DNA from: an uncultured Acidobacteriota bacterium
GTDB taxonomy: Bacteria; Acidobacteriota; Thermoanaerobaculia; UBA5066; DATFVB01
Direction of reading: 5' to 3'
DNA: 64,000 bases
Assembly: GCA_963813155.1 (NCBI GenBank)
Contig: CAWEYG010000001.1
Coordinates: forward strand, 1-64,000
This document shows, piece by piece, positions 20,860-31,552 of this stretch. Within the stretch, counting starts at the first letter, position 1; each line of letters begins with the position of its first letter. The notes under the pieces are model-generated. The model searched no databases, was not told the origin of the DNA, and saw only the letters and a program-made list of their open reading frames with translations. A program made the position numbers and the translations under genes.

Positions 20860-22154
20860 AGGTCTTTCCGGGCGAGCGGCATGGTCATGCAGCGGGGACC
20901 GCCGCGCGCGCGGGAGAGCTCCGGACCCGCGATCTGGATCGCGTACTTCTTGTCGGTCCAGAGCTCGAGCTCTTCCCTTCCCATCAGGATGTCGTCCTCG
21001 TAGAGGATCTTGTATCCCTTCCGATCGAGCTCTTCGGCCGTCCGGACGTTTCTCTCGTAGCAGATGATCACTCCGGGCGCGAGAGCGAACGCGTTTGCGC
21101 CGTCGGTCCACTGCTCGCGCTGCTGGGAGATGACGTCGGTCCCGCCGCACGGAATCGGCTTGAGGTCGATTCCGTTCTCCTTCAGGACCTCGAGGAGAGA
21201 CCCTTTCGACGTGTACGTGATCTCGCGGCCGGTCAGGGAGACCTGGTAGACGTCGGCCTCCTCCGGCCCGCCCTTTTCGATCATCGGCGTGTAGCACAGG
21301 CACTCGTCGCGGTTGACCATCGTGAAGACGGTGTCGAGGTGCATGTACGAGCGCCGCGCGGGGATCTCGACGGTGAAGATCTTCTTGATGCCGATCTTTC
21401 CCTCTTTGAGGGAGGCCGCGAGCTGCTCGACGGTCGCTTTGGACGTCCGCTCCGAGATGCCCACGAGCAGGATGTCCTCCCGCGGGATCAGGATGTCGCC
21501 CCCCTCGAGAGAGGGTCGGCTCGCGGCCGTCGAGAGCCGGGTGAAGTCGGTCGAAAATTCGCGGTACAGGAAAAAGTCTTTCGGCCGCTCGATCCGCGGC
21601 GAGTACTGGAAGACGTACCCGGAGAGCAGCGGCTCGCGCAGTCGGGCCGCCGTCGCCATCGATCCGAGCACGACCCGGTCGCCGAGAACGACCTGCGGGT
21701 CGCGCATGAAGAAGCAATTCGGAAGCGGCGGAAGGAGATAGAGCGTCTCGAGGCGGTCGGAGATCTGGCCCCCCTCGCGAACGATTCCCTCGATCAGCAT
21801 CGCCGCGGCCTGCTCGGGAGACGCCTCCCAGATCGGCCTCATCGCGGTCTCGGGGATCTGGAGCTTCAAGGCGAGGTCCGCGAGGACTTCTTCCTTGATC
21901 GCCGGGACCATCAGGATCTCCTCGAGCAGGTCCTGGAATTCCAGGACCTCCACGGTGTCGGCGTCCTCCTTCCACGCGGTGCGGAGGATCTGCTGGAAGC
22001 GCCGATGCTCTTCCCGCGCCCCGTCTCCATAAAGGATGTCGTCGAACAGCAGCTCGTCCATCATCGACGGAACCATCCGGTCGATTTCCTTCCCCGGCAG
22101 GTGGACGAGCACGGATTCCAGCTTGCCGACTTCGGAGGTGACGTGCAGCTTCAT
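20856..22154 (-). CDS. arcA: Arginine deiminase
   Basis: VTSEVGKL, LLFDD, FMRD, LEGGD, MHLDT, ELSRARGGPRCMTMPL. Confidence 0.96.
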   Translation of the reverse strand: MKLHVTSEVGKLESVLVHLPGKEIDRMVPSMMDELLFDDILYGDGAREEHRRFQQILRTAWKEDADTVEVLEFQDLLEEILMVPAIKEEVLADLALKLQIPETAMRPIWEASPEQAAAMLIEGIVREGGQISDRLETLYLLPPLPNCFFMRDPQVVLGDRVVLGSMATAARLREPLLSGYVFQYSPRIERPKDFFLYREFSTDFTRLSTAASRPSLEGGDILIPREDILLVGISERTSKATVEQLAASLKEGKIGIKKIFTVEIPARRSYMHLDTVFTMVNRDECLCYTPMIEKGGPEEADVYQVSLTGREITYTSKGSLLEVLKENGIDLKPIPCGGTDVISQQREQWTDGANAFALAPGVIICYERNVRTAEELDRKGYKILYEDDILMGREELELWTDKKYAIQIAGPELSRARGGPRCMTMPLARKDL

Positions 22155-22207
22155 AATCAGTCGTTTACGTCCGTCTGGTCCGCCGACGACGCGGACGGTG
22201 GAATATA

Positions 22208-22700
22208 TCAGACGGTCGAGGTCGCCCAGAGGTACGCGGCAAACGCGCAGGCGGACGCCTCGAGCTCGTCGGAGGTCGTCGCGTCTCGGCCGAGAGGCAA
22301 CTCGAGCCCCAGGCCGTGAAGGATGTCATAGCGCGCCCGGCGCCCTGCGGGAAGAGCGATCCGGGGCGGCCGGCGCCCGGCCCACTCTTTCCACAATTCC
22401 TCCGGGCACGCTTCCAGAAGCGAGACGTCGTTTTTCGGGGCTTTGCCGAGAAGGCCGAATCCCCTCCGCCCGAGCGCCGCGAAGAGGCGCGCGCCCTCCG
22501 AACCCCGCGAAGAGCCGATCGCGAGGACGAATCCCTCCTTCTCGGCTTCGGGAGGAACCAGGCCCTCGCCGCTCTCCTCAAAAGTCCAGGTGCGGAATCG
22601 CACGCGGCGCCAGCGGTCCATCATCGCGACCGTGACCGGGTGAACGTGACCGGCGTGCGGGGCCTCGACGGAAGCGCCGACGAAACCACGCCCGCGCAGC
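22208..22700 (-). CDS. DUF429-like (RNase H-fold) domain, probably the C-terminal part of the sthA gene
   Basis: LLEACPE and DELEASACAFAAYLW resemble the DUF429 E..P and D..DA motifs. Confidence 0.5.
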
Positions 22701-24170
22701 CGGCGGAAGACAGGTCCCGGCCGCGGCGCAATCGCCCCCGAGCGGAAGCGCGCTTTCCCGGTGGGACAGGCGCTGCAGGCCGTCGTACGCGGCGTACTTG
22801 AAGCATTCGGAGAGCGTCGGGAAATTGAAGACCATGTCGAGGAAGTCGTCGAGACCTCCTCCCTTCGACATGACGACCTGCGGAATGTGGACGAGCTCGG
22901 TCGCGCTCCCGCCGGCCAGGTGCGCGCCGAGCAGTTCTTTGGTGTTCGGGTCGAAGACGAGCTTCACGAAGCCGTCGGGGTCGCCGGTGATCTGCCCCCG
23001 CGCGTTGTTCTCGTAGCGCGAGCGCCCGACTTCGTAAGGCACTCCGGCGGCCTTCAGCTCCTCTTCGGTTTTTCCGATCGAGGCGATTTCCGGAATCGTG
23101 TAGACGCCGTAGGGAAATACCGGCGAGGCCGCCGTCTTGAAGGGAAAGCCGAACGCGCGGCAGATCGCGATGCGGGCCTGTTCCATCGACGTCGCGGCGA
23201 GCGCCGGAAACCCGATCACGTCGCCGGCGGCGTAGATCCCGGGGACCGACGTCTGGAAGCTGGCGTCGACGGAGATTTTTCCCCGCTCGTCGGCGGCGAC
23301 GCCCGCCGCCTCGAGCCCCAGCCCTTCGGTGTTTCCGCGGCGACCGGCCGAGAAGAGGACCTTGTCGGCCCGGAGGACCCTGCCGGAACGAAGCCGGCAA
23401 CGCAGCGCGTCGCGCTTCCGCCCGGGCTCGCGTTCGATCGAATCCACGGCGTCCCCCAGGAGGATCTCCGCGCCCATCCGGTCGAGCGCGACCTCGAGCG
23501 CCGCCGAGAGCTCCCCGTCGAGAAACCCGAGCAGGCGATCGCGCCCCTCGATCAACGTCACCCGGGTCCCCAGCGCGGCGAAGATCGACGCGTATTCGCA
23601 GCCGATGACGCCTCCCCCGACGACCGCGAGACGGTCCGGAATGCGGTCGAGGTCGAGGATGCGGTCGGAGTCCACGAGGTCGGGATCGTCGAACGCGATT
23701 CCGCGCGGCGGGATCGGCGAGGACCCGGTCGCGATGAGGATCACCTCGCCGCTCAAACGCCGGATCTCCGCTCCGGAGGAATCCCGGACCGCGACGGTTC
23801 GCGAATCGAGAAAGAGCGCGTCGCCGCGAACGAGGTCGATCCGGTGCCGCTCCAGGTTCCGGCGGATCTGGCGCTCCTGGCGCTGCGTCACGTCCTGGAG
23901 CCGGCCCGTGAGCTGGCGAAGGTTCTTGCGGCGGTCGAGCTTCAGGGTCATGCCGTAGAGCTCGCCGCGCCGAAATCCCGTCAGGTAGAGCGCCGTCTCG
24001 CGCAGCGTCTTGGAGGGGAGCGTCCCGGTGTGCACCGAAGCGCCGCCGGGCTCCGCCGCGCGCTCGATCATGGCGACGCGCTTGCCGAAATACGCCGCCT
24101 GCGCCGCGCCCTTTTCTCCGGCCGGGCCGGAGCCGATCACGACGAGGTCGAACTTTTCCGCGGCCGGCAC
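22700..24170 (-). CDS. sthA: Soluble pyridine nucleotide transhydrogenase
   Basis: IGSGPAGEKGA, GTLPSKTLRE, GGGVIGCEYA, GDVIGFPALA, FNFPTLSECFKYAAYDGL; no stop at the normal end. Confidence 0.92.
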
Positions 24171-24219
24171 GCGGAGATCATAGCGCCGGCGGATAAGATC
24201 TCCCCAGCGGGAGGCGGAA

Positions 24220-25825
24220 ATGAAGGCATTTCGAGCGGGAGCGGGAATCTTCGCTGTGCTGTTCCTCGTCGCCGGCGCGGGCGCCGAAGACGCGATGAGC
24301 CATTCCCACGAGGCTCCCCCGGGGACCTACGGCTCGGTCGAATTCCCGGTGAGCTGCTCTTCGGATGCGCGGAAGCAATTCGAACGCTCCGTCGCGATCC
24401 TCCATTCCTTCGGTTACGAGCTCGCGGAAGAATCGTTTCGCCGCACGGCGAAGACCGATCCGGAATGCGCCATGGCCTGGTGGGGCGTCGCGATGAGCCG
24501 CTACCATCCGATCTGGTATCCGCCCACGCCGGAGGACCTGCGGGTCGGCGCCGATGCGGTCGCGCGAGCCCGGTCTCTCCGGGCGCCGACGAAGCGGGAA
24601 CAGGCCTACGTCGCCGCGATCGGCGCCTTCTACGACGAAGCCGACACCGTTGACCACAGGACCCGCGCCGTTCGTTACGAGAAGGCGATGGAAGCCCTCT
24701 CGTCCGGCTTCCCGGAGGATCGCGAAGGGGCCGCCTTCTATGCCCTGGCGCTCCTCTCGACGGCTTCTCCGGCGGACAAGACATACGCAAACCAGAAGAG
24801 AGCGGCCGGGATTCTCGAGCGAATTTTCACGGAGAACCCGAAGCATCCGGGCGCCGCCCACTACATCATTCACTCGTTCGATTCGCCGGCGCTCGCGGCG
24901 CTCGCGCTGCCCGCGGCGCGCAGCTACGCGAAAATCGCTCCCGCCGCCCCGCACGCCCTCCACATGCCCTCGCACATCTTTACGCGGCTCGGCGACTGGG
25001 ACGACTCCATCGCGTCGAACCGCGCCTCGGCGGCCGCGGCGCTCGCGATGTCGGCGGGTCTTCCGCCTGGCACGCGCCATTCTCAGCAGCTTCACGCGCT
25101 CGACTACCTCGAATACGCGTACCTCCAGGAAGCCCGGGACGGAGACGCCCGGGCCGTGCTCGAAGAGCTGCTCTCGATCGCCGACGCGGAGCCGAAGGAT
25201 CTGACGGGCGCTTTCGCGTTTTCGGCCATTCCCGCGCGCTACGCGCTCGAACGCGGCCGATTCGACGAGGCCGCGAAACTGGAGCTTTACCCGGCGTCGT
25301 ACCCGTGGAAAGACTTTCCGTTCCCGGAAGCCATCATCGTCTTTGCGAGAACCGTCGGCCGCGCGCGGTTGGGTCGGGTGGAAGATGCGCGCCGCGAGCT
25401 GCCGAAATTGGATCCGATCTTCGAGAGAGCCGTCGCCCAGTCCCGGCAGGGATACGACTGGGGAAAACAGGTCGATATCCTCCGCCGCGAGGCCGGCGCC
25501 TGGGTCGAGCAGGCTTCCGGACGCGGCGCCGCAGCGCTCGAGCTCATGCGATCGGCGGCCTCGCTCGAAGACTCGACGGAGAAGCATCCCGTCACTCCCG
25601 GCGCGATCATTCCTGCGCGCGAATTTCTCGCCGATCTCCTGATGGAACAGGCCGAGCCCGGGCGAGGCCCTGGCAGAGTACGAAACGTCGCTGAAGTCCG
25701 CGCCGAACCGTTACCATGCAATCGCGGGCGCCTGGAAGGCCGCGACGGCGGCGGGTAACACGGCGAAAGCGTCGGAATACAAAACGAAGCTCGTCGCGCT
25801 CGCCGGAACGGCATCGCCCCGATAG
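24220..25825 (+). CDS. Secreted TPR-repeat protein, frameshifted near the C-terminus
   Basis: Signal peptide, VEFPVSC, LHSFGY, HPGAAHYIIH, PHALHMPSHIF. Confidence 0.8.
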
Positions 25826-25831
25826 TTCTTC

Positions 25832-26933
25832 TTACTCCGGCGGGAGGATGCGCAGAGGCAGGGGCGGCTGGGAAGCTGGCTCTTCCGCGTCCGTGATGTC
25901 GCGCAGCTGCTCGACGAAGCGCGAAACCTGCTTCGCCGGTCTCTTCGTACTGCTTCTTCGCGTTGTCGAGGTGCCCGCCGAGCTTGCCCGAACGGATCTT
26001 CGATCTTCGAAACGCCGCGCTTCAGATCGCCAGCTCCTTTACGATCTCGTGCGCCCGTTTCTCGATGTCGAGTCCCTTCAGGCCTGACGCGAAATCGTGT
26101 AGAGGTAGGCGTAGAGACAGACGAGGCGAGACCGGGATCGACCCGCTTGCGCGAGAGCGCAGTGCCGTCAGGCTCCTCCTCTCCGACTCGGCGACGATCT
26201 CCCGTAGATCGCCTCCGCGGGCACGTACATGAGCGCGAAATCGAACGTCCCCTCGGCGGGCCGAATGTACTTCGAGGCGATCGCCTCGACGTGTTTCCGG
26301 ACGTCGCGCGGAATTGCGAACGCGCGTTCTTGCGCTCCGTCTCGTTTCGAGCATTCGTCGCGCGACGGAAGTTCTCGAGCGGAAATTTCGAATCGATCGC
26401 TAACCCATCGGTCGCCGACGCGAATCGCCGCGTCGACGATCTCGCCGTCCGAGAACCTCTTCTGCATTTCGCCAGCGTCCCGGCGGGCAGCACCTGCCGA
26501 AGGGCCTCTTCGAGAAGCGTGCTCGCCCGAGGCCGCCGCGGATCTTCGGCGACTTGAGGAGATCCTCGAGGCGCGTCAGTCTCCGAGCCGAGGCCCGCCA
26601 TCTGCTGCGAAACCTCGACGACCTTGCCCGAGGTTCTCGCCGACGCTCTTCAGCGAGCCCGTTCGCTTCCGCGCTCTGCTTCTGCATCGTCGCAAGACTC
26701 TGGCCGAGCGCCGTCCTGGCTCTCCCGGATGCGCCCGTCGATCGTTCGCTCGAACGACTCGAGCCGCTTCTCCACGTTCCCGGAGAGGGCGTGGAGCGAG
26801 CGCTTTCCCGGATTGCTCCGCAGGCGCCTTCGACGCCGCCGGTCGGCCGAGAGCTTCGCGAGGGACGAAGATCACGACCACGAGGACCGCCCGCCCGAGA
26901 ACGAAGAGCCCGATCGAGAGCGAGCGAGCTCAC
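25832..26933 (-). CDS. rmuC: DNA recombination protein RmuC, multiply frameshifted
   Basis: LKSPKIRGGLG, IDSKFPLENF, IASKYIRPAEGTFDFALMYVPAEAIY across frames. Confidence 0.85.
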
Positions 26934-26937
26934 CGGG

Positions 26938-27216
26938 CTATCGGCGTCCCGAGATCAGGTGCACGATCGCGACGAAGAGCGCCGCGCCGATGATCGACCA
27001 GATGACCGGAAACGGATGATGCTCGATCGAGATCGCGAAGAGGTCGGGAAGGTGCATCTTCCGGGCGAGCCACGACCCGAGAAGCGCTCCGATGAATCCG
27101 ACCGCGATCGACACGAGGCATCCGCCCCGCGTTCCGCCGGCGATCGCGCGCCCGATCGCGCCGCAGATCGCGGCGACGAGCAGGAGAATCAGAAATCCCG
27201 TGAACGAGAACGTCAT
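26938..27216 (-). CDS. GlsB/YeaQ/YmgE family small membrane protein
   Basis: SIAVGFIGALLGSWL...WSIIGAALFV pattern, 92 aa. Confidence 0.85.
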   Translation of the reverse strand: MTFSFTGFLILLLVAAICGAIGRAIAGGTRGGCLVSIAVGFIGALLGSWLARKMHLPDLFAISIEHHPFPVIWSIIGAALFVAIVHLISGRR

Positions 27217-27252
27217 GGCGCCGCCCCTCCAAATCTGCGAGAATAATAACAG

Positions 27253-27415
27253 TTGCGACGAAGAGCGCGAGATCGACTACCTGATCTGCAGGGAATGCAA
27301 CACTCCCTGCTACATTTTCGAAATCGAGGGCGCGACCGTCACCGAAGCTCTCTGCCAGGTCTGCGGCAACGACCTGAAGGAGCGATTCGCGATCGGCGAG
27401 GTCGACGAAACTTGA
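27253..27415 (+). CDS. Small Cys-rich (zinc-ribbon-like) protein
   Basis: YLICRECNTPCY...ALCQVCGND; stop overlaps the purB TTG start; own start codon uncertain. Confidence 0.6.
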
Positions 27416-28833
27416 CCGACGGCCGCCACGACTCCTATTCCGACCCGCTGACCGAACGGTACGCCTCTCCCGACATGTCGCGGATCTTCTCCGCGCGGTT
27501 CAAGTTCGAGACGTGGCGGCGGCTCTGGGTCATCCTCGCGGAGGAAGAGAAACGCCTCGGGCTCCCGATTCCCGACGAAGCTCTCGCCCAGATGCGGGCA
27601 AAGGTCCCGGAGATCGACTTCGCCGCCGCCGCGGCCCACGAGAAAGAAACGCGGCACGACGTGATGGCGCACGTGAAGACATTCGGAGAAGCCGCTCCCG
27701 CCGCCGCGGGGATCATCCACTGGGGCGCGACGTCCGCGTTCGTCGCGGACAACGGAGACCTCGTCCAGATGCGCGACGCCCTGCGCCTGCTCGAGGGCCG
27801 GATCGCCTCGTTTCTTCGAAAACTGCGCGCTTTCGCGTGGGAGCACCGCGCGGTCGCGTGTCTCGCCTACACGCATTTTCAGCCCGCCCAGCCGACGACC
27901 GTGGGAAAACGCGCGTGCCTGTGGGCGCAGGATTTCCTCTGGGACCTGCAGGAGGTGCGGAGGGTCCGGGAAGGCCTTCGTTTCCTCGGCGCGAAAGGCG
28001 CGACCGGAACGCAGGCTTCGTTTCTCGCCCTGTTCTCCGGCGATTCCGAAAAGGTCGAAGCTCTGGACCGCGCGGTCGCCGAACGGGCGGGATTCGGCCG
28101 CCGCCAGCTCGTCTCCGGCCAGACGTACTCGCGCAAGCAGGATGCATTCGTCCTCGCCGCCCTCTCGGGCTTCGCCCAGTCGTCGCACAAGTGCGCGACG
28201 GATCTCCGGCTGCTCCAGCACGAAGGCGAGATCGAGGAGCCGTTTCTGAAAAACCAGGTCGGATCGTCCGCGATGCCCTACAAGCGCAACCCGATGCGAG
28301 CCGAGCGGGCCTGCGCGATCGCCCGCCACGTGATCGCGCTCTCGCTCGACCCGGCGTTGACGGCGGCCACCCAGTGGCTGGAGCGGACGCTCGACGACTC
28401 CGCGAACAAGCGCCTCTCGATCCCCGCCGCGTTCCTCTCCTGCGATTCGATCGCGCTCATCTTCGACGAGATCTTCGCGGGCATCGAGGTGCGCGCGGAC
28501 GCGATCGCCGCAAACCTCGAGCGCGAGCTGCCCGTCCTGGCGACGGAGAACCTCCTCATGGAAGCCGTCCGGCGCGGCGGCGACCGCCAGGAGCTGCATG
28601 AAGCGCTCCGCGTGATGGCGCGGGAAGCCGCGCGCCGCGGCGAAACCGCGACCCTGGCGGAAAAAATCGCCGCGGACGCCCGATTCCGTCTGACGCGGGA
28701 GGAAGCCGACGCCGCCGCCCATCGCGGCCTGACGGGGCGAAGCGCCGAACAAGTCGAGATGTTCCTGCGCGAGGAGCTCGATCCGGCGCTCGCGGAAGTC
28801 GAGGCCGCGAAGCCGGAGGGGCTGCGGGTCTGA
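27412..28833 (+). CDS. purB: Adenylosuccinate lyase
   Basis: RHDVMAHV, HWGATS, THFQPAQ, GSSAMPYKRNP. Confidence 0.95.
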   Translation: MTDGRHDSYSDPLTERYASPDMSRIFSARFKFETWRRLWVILAEEEKRLGLPIPDEALAQMRAKVPEIDFAAAAAHEKETRHDVMAHVKTFGEAAPAAAGIIHWGATSAFVADNGDLVQMRDALRLLEGRIASFLRKLRAFAWEHRAVACLAYTHFQPAQPTTVGKRACLWAQDFLWDLQEVRRVREGLRFLGAKGATGTQASFLALFSGDSEKVEALDRAVAERAGFGRRQLVSGQTYSRKQDAFVLAALSGFAQSSHKCATDLRLLQHEGEIEEPFLKNQVGSSAMPYKRNPMRAERACAIARHVIALSLDPALTAATQWLERTLDDSANKRLSIPAAFLSCDSIALIFDEIFAGIEVRADAIAANLERELPVLATENLLMEAVRRGGDRQELHEALRVMAREAARRGETATLAEKIAADARFRLTREEADAAAHRGLTGRSAEQVEMFLREELDPALAEVEAAKPEGLRV

Positions 28834-28842
28834 AGGGACATT

Positions 28843-28974
28843 TCTCCCTCTCCCCTTGCGGGAGAGGGTTGGGGTGAGGGGTGGCCCCCAGGCTCGCCCC
28901 CTCACCCGCCGCTTCGCGGCGGCCTCCCGCGTCCACGGGTCGGTCTGCAGGCTGCCCACAGGGGGAGAGGCGAA
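28843..28974 (+). repeat. CCCTCTCCC/GGGAGAGGG palindromic repeat, copy 2 with an internal insertion
   Basis: Matches copies 1 and 3 apart from about 27 extra nt in the last stem. Confidence 0.88.
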
Positions 28975-29004
28975 AGGAATACCGCCCCCGTCCTCGCTCT
29001 CGGG

Positions 29005-29640
29005 ATGCTGGTTCTCCTCCTCGCGTCCTGCGCGAAGAAGCAGGCCGTCACGGTTCCGCGCGCGCGCGTCATTCCGCCCCCCGCCGCGCCCGGGCAGACG
29101 GAAGAAGGGCTCGCGTCGTGGTATGGCGGCAACGACGGCTTCGAAGGAAAGCCGACCGCGTCGGGGGAAATCTTCGACGGCACGAAGATGACGGCCGCGC
29201 ACCGCACGCTGCCGCTCGGCACGTGGGTCGAAGTCCTCAACACGTCGAGCGGAAAGACCGCGCGCGTGCGCATCAACGACCGCGGCCCGTTCATCAAGGG
29301 ACGGATCATCGATCTCTCCCACGTCGCGGCCGTCGCCCTCGGCGTCGTCGGACCGGGCGTCGCGCCCGTGCGAATCACGGTCGTCGAGCCGGGACCCGCC
29401 GTCCTCGAGCTCTCCGCGACCGGCCGCTGGAGCGTGCAGATCGGCTCGTTCGCCTCGGCGTATCGGGCCGAGCTTCTCGCGGACAAGATGCGCGCCGCCG
29501 GCCACCGGGTCTACACGGAGCCGTTCGGCGGCCTGACGCGCGTCAAGGTGGGACCCCTCGGCTCGAAGCCCGCCGCCGTGAAGGAGCTGCAGCGCCTCGA
29601 GGCGGAAGGGCAGGAAGGCGTCGTCACTCCCGAGGTTTGA
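29005..29640 (+). CDS. rlpA: Septal ring lytic transglycosylase RlpA (DPBB + SPOR) lipoprotein
   Basis: Lipobox LLASC, GLASWYG, TAAHRTLPLG, INDRGPF, IIDLS. Confidence 0.93.
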   Translation: MLVLLLASCAKKQAVTVPRARVIPPPAAPGQTEEGLASWYGGNDGFEGKPTASGEIFDGTKMTAAHRTLPLGTWVEVLNTSSGKTARVRINDRGPFIKGRIIDLSHVAAVALGVVGPGVAPVRITVVEPGPAVLELSATGRWSVQIGSFASAYRAELLADKMRAAGHRVYTEPFGGLTRVKVGPLGSKPAAVKELQRLEAEGQEGVVTPEV

Positions 29641-29646
29641 GCCGGG

Positions 29647-30777
29647 TCACCGGGCCTCGTCCGCGGGCGTGGACCGCCCTCTCCAGACGACGTTTCGCGA
29701 GACGATCCGGCGAAGCACGGACCGAACGGCGATCCCCGCCCACACCGTCACCATGAGGAGGTGGAAGGGCGCGCTCCAGGCCGGAGTTCGCGAAATGCGC
29801 GCGACGGCCAGCCGGCCCGCGAGGATCGCGGCGATCGAGGCCGCCGCGACGACCTTCGCGAAACCGCCCGCGCCGGACAGCAGCACGACATAGGGAGCCC
29901 ATGCGAGAGCGGTGAAGAAGAGAATCGAGGGCGAGGACGAGCGCGGAAGAGCGAAAGAGATACGCGACGTTCTTCGTGAAGCCGTCGGCGACCTCGCGGA
30001 GGCCCTCGTACATCCGGACGCGGACCTCGTCGCACGCGGTGAACGCCCTCACCCCGAACCCGGACGACTTGATCTGGCGCGCGAGCGCGACATCGTCGAT
30101 CACCCGGTTGCAGAGGAGGCGGAAACCGCCGCTCTCGGCGAGGGCCCGCCGAAAAACGAGATTTCCGCTCCCTCCGCCGATCGCGAGCCGCCGGAGGCCC
30201 GGCGAATTGAACAGGAAGCCCGGGCCGAGGTAGAGCAGCGCGGCGAGGTTCGGCATGAGCACGCCTTCCCAGAACCCTGCGGTCACCATCCGCGGCAGAA
30301 CGCAGAGAAGACCCGAGGTCCTCCGAAACGGCCGTCGAGACCGCTGCGCGAAGGGTCGACGGCACGTACTCGACGTCGGCGTCGACGATCAGGAGAAGCT
30401 CCCCCTTCGCCGCCTCGACGCCGAGCGCCAGCGCGTTCGGCTTGCCGAGCCAGCCGGGCGGCGGCTCCGCTCCCGGGACGACGCGCAGACGCGGCGAGAC
30501 CGACCGCATTCGATCCAGGATCGCCACCGTCCCGTCGGTCGAGCGGTCGTCGACGACGACGACCTCGAAATCCGGATAGTCGGACGCGAGGTGCGAGGCG
30601 ACGGCTCGCTCGACGCGCGCGCTCTTCGTTGCGGGCGGGAATGACGATGGAGACGAACGGCCAGCCGTCCGCGGGCGGAGGGCCGAGCCGCAGAGGCCGG
30701 AAGGAACGCCAATTGAGGACGAGACACGCGAGCGAGAGGAGCGAGGCGGTCGCGGAAATCCAGGCGAGCGCGGTCAC
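29647..30777 (-). CDS. Family 2 glycosyltransferase, multiply frameshifted
   Basis: VSIVIPARNEE, PPGWLGKPNAL, VDAD, IDDVALA, RMYEG. Confidence 0.85.
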
Positions 30778-30813
30778 GGCGCGATCAAGGGCGGCGGCGC
30801 TTCGAGGCCTCGT

Positions 30814-31515
30814 TTAGAGAGAGGCGGCCCGGGATTGCGCGTCGCTCAGGTAGAGCGAGTTCGGGTAATCGCTGACGATCCGCTGGTAGGTCGCCTTCGC
30901 GTCGGCCGGAGAGCCCGATTTCTCGTACAGGCGCGCGAGCTCGATCAGCAGCGCGTCTTTCGGCACGGCGGTCGCCGACGACTCGATCGACCTCTTGGCC
31001 CTCTCGATCGCGTCGCGGGTCTTCCCCTGCGATTCGAGGGTCCGGATCGCGTCGAGCTCGGCGGTCGCCGCGAGGAGGGACCGATTCCCCCGCGAAAAGC
31101 GATCGAGGCTGCCGAGGTCGGCCTTGCCCGGAGCGGAGCGGGCGGAGAGCACGATCGACGCCTCGCGGCCCGACCGGGTCGCGCTGAAATCGGCGGCGGC
31201 CTTGAGCTCTTTCTCCGCGTCGGCGTCGCGGAGAGCGGAGGACGCATAGGAGGTGCCCGACGCATCGATCGCGGAGGGTTCTCCTGCCACGGGGCTCGAG
31301 AGAATAGTCAGCGCGCGAGAGAGGTGCTGCGCGGCTTCGGATTCGCGATACGACCGGAAACCCACGAAGGCCCCGACCAGGACGGCGAGTCCGGCCGCCG
31401 CGGCGATCGCTTCCAGGGATCCCTTCCGGTGCGAGGAGACGAAGTGAATCCCCTTGCCGACCGTCTCGAGGACCTCGTCCCGCTTCAGTTGTTCGCGGCT
31501 GAGCTTTTTCATCAT
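30814..31515 (-). CDS. YfgM-like membrane-anchored TPR protein
   Basis: REQLKRDE, single TM helix, TPR ending YQRIVSDYPNS. Confidence 0.75.
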   Translation of the reverse strand: MMKKLSREQLKRDEVLETVGKGIHFVSSHRKGSLEAIAAAAGLAVLVGAFVGFRSYRESEAAQHLSRALTILSSPVAGEPSAIDASGTSYASSALRDADAEKELKAAADFSATRSGREASIVLSARSAPGKADLGSLDRFSRGNRSLLAATAELDAIRTLESQGKTRDAIERAKRSIESSATAVPKDALLIELARLYEKSGSPADAKATYQRIVSDYPNSLYLSDAQSRAASL

Positions 31516-31552
31516 AAACGGGTAACTTATAAGAAGGAGTAGACTGTCGTCA

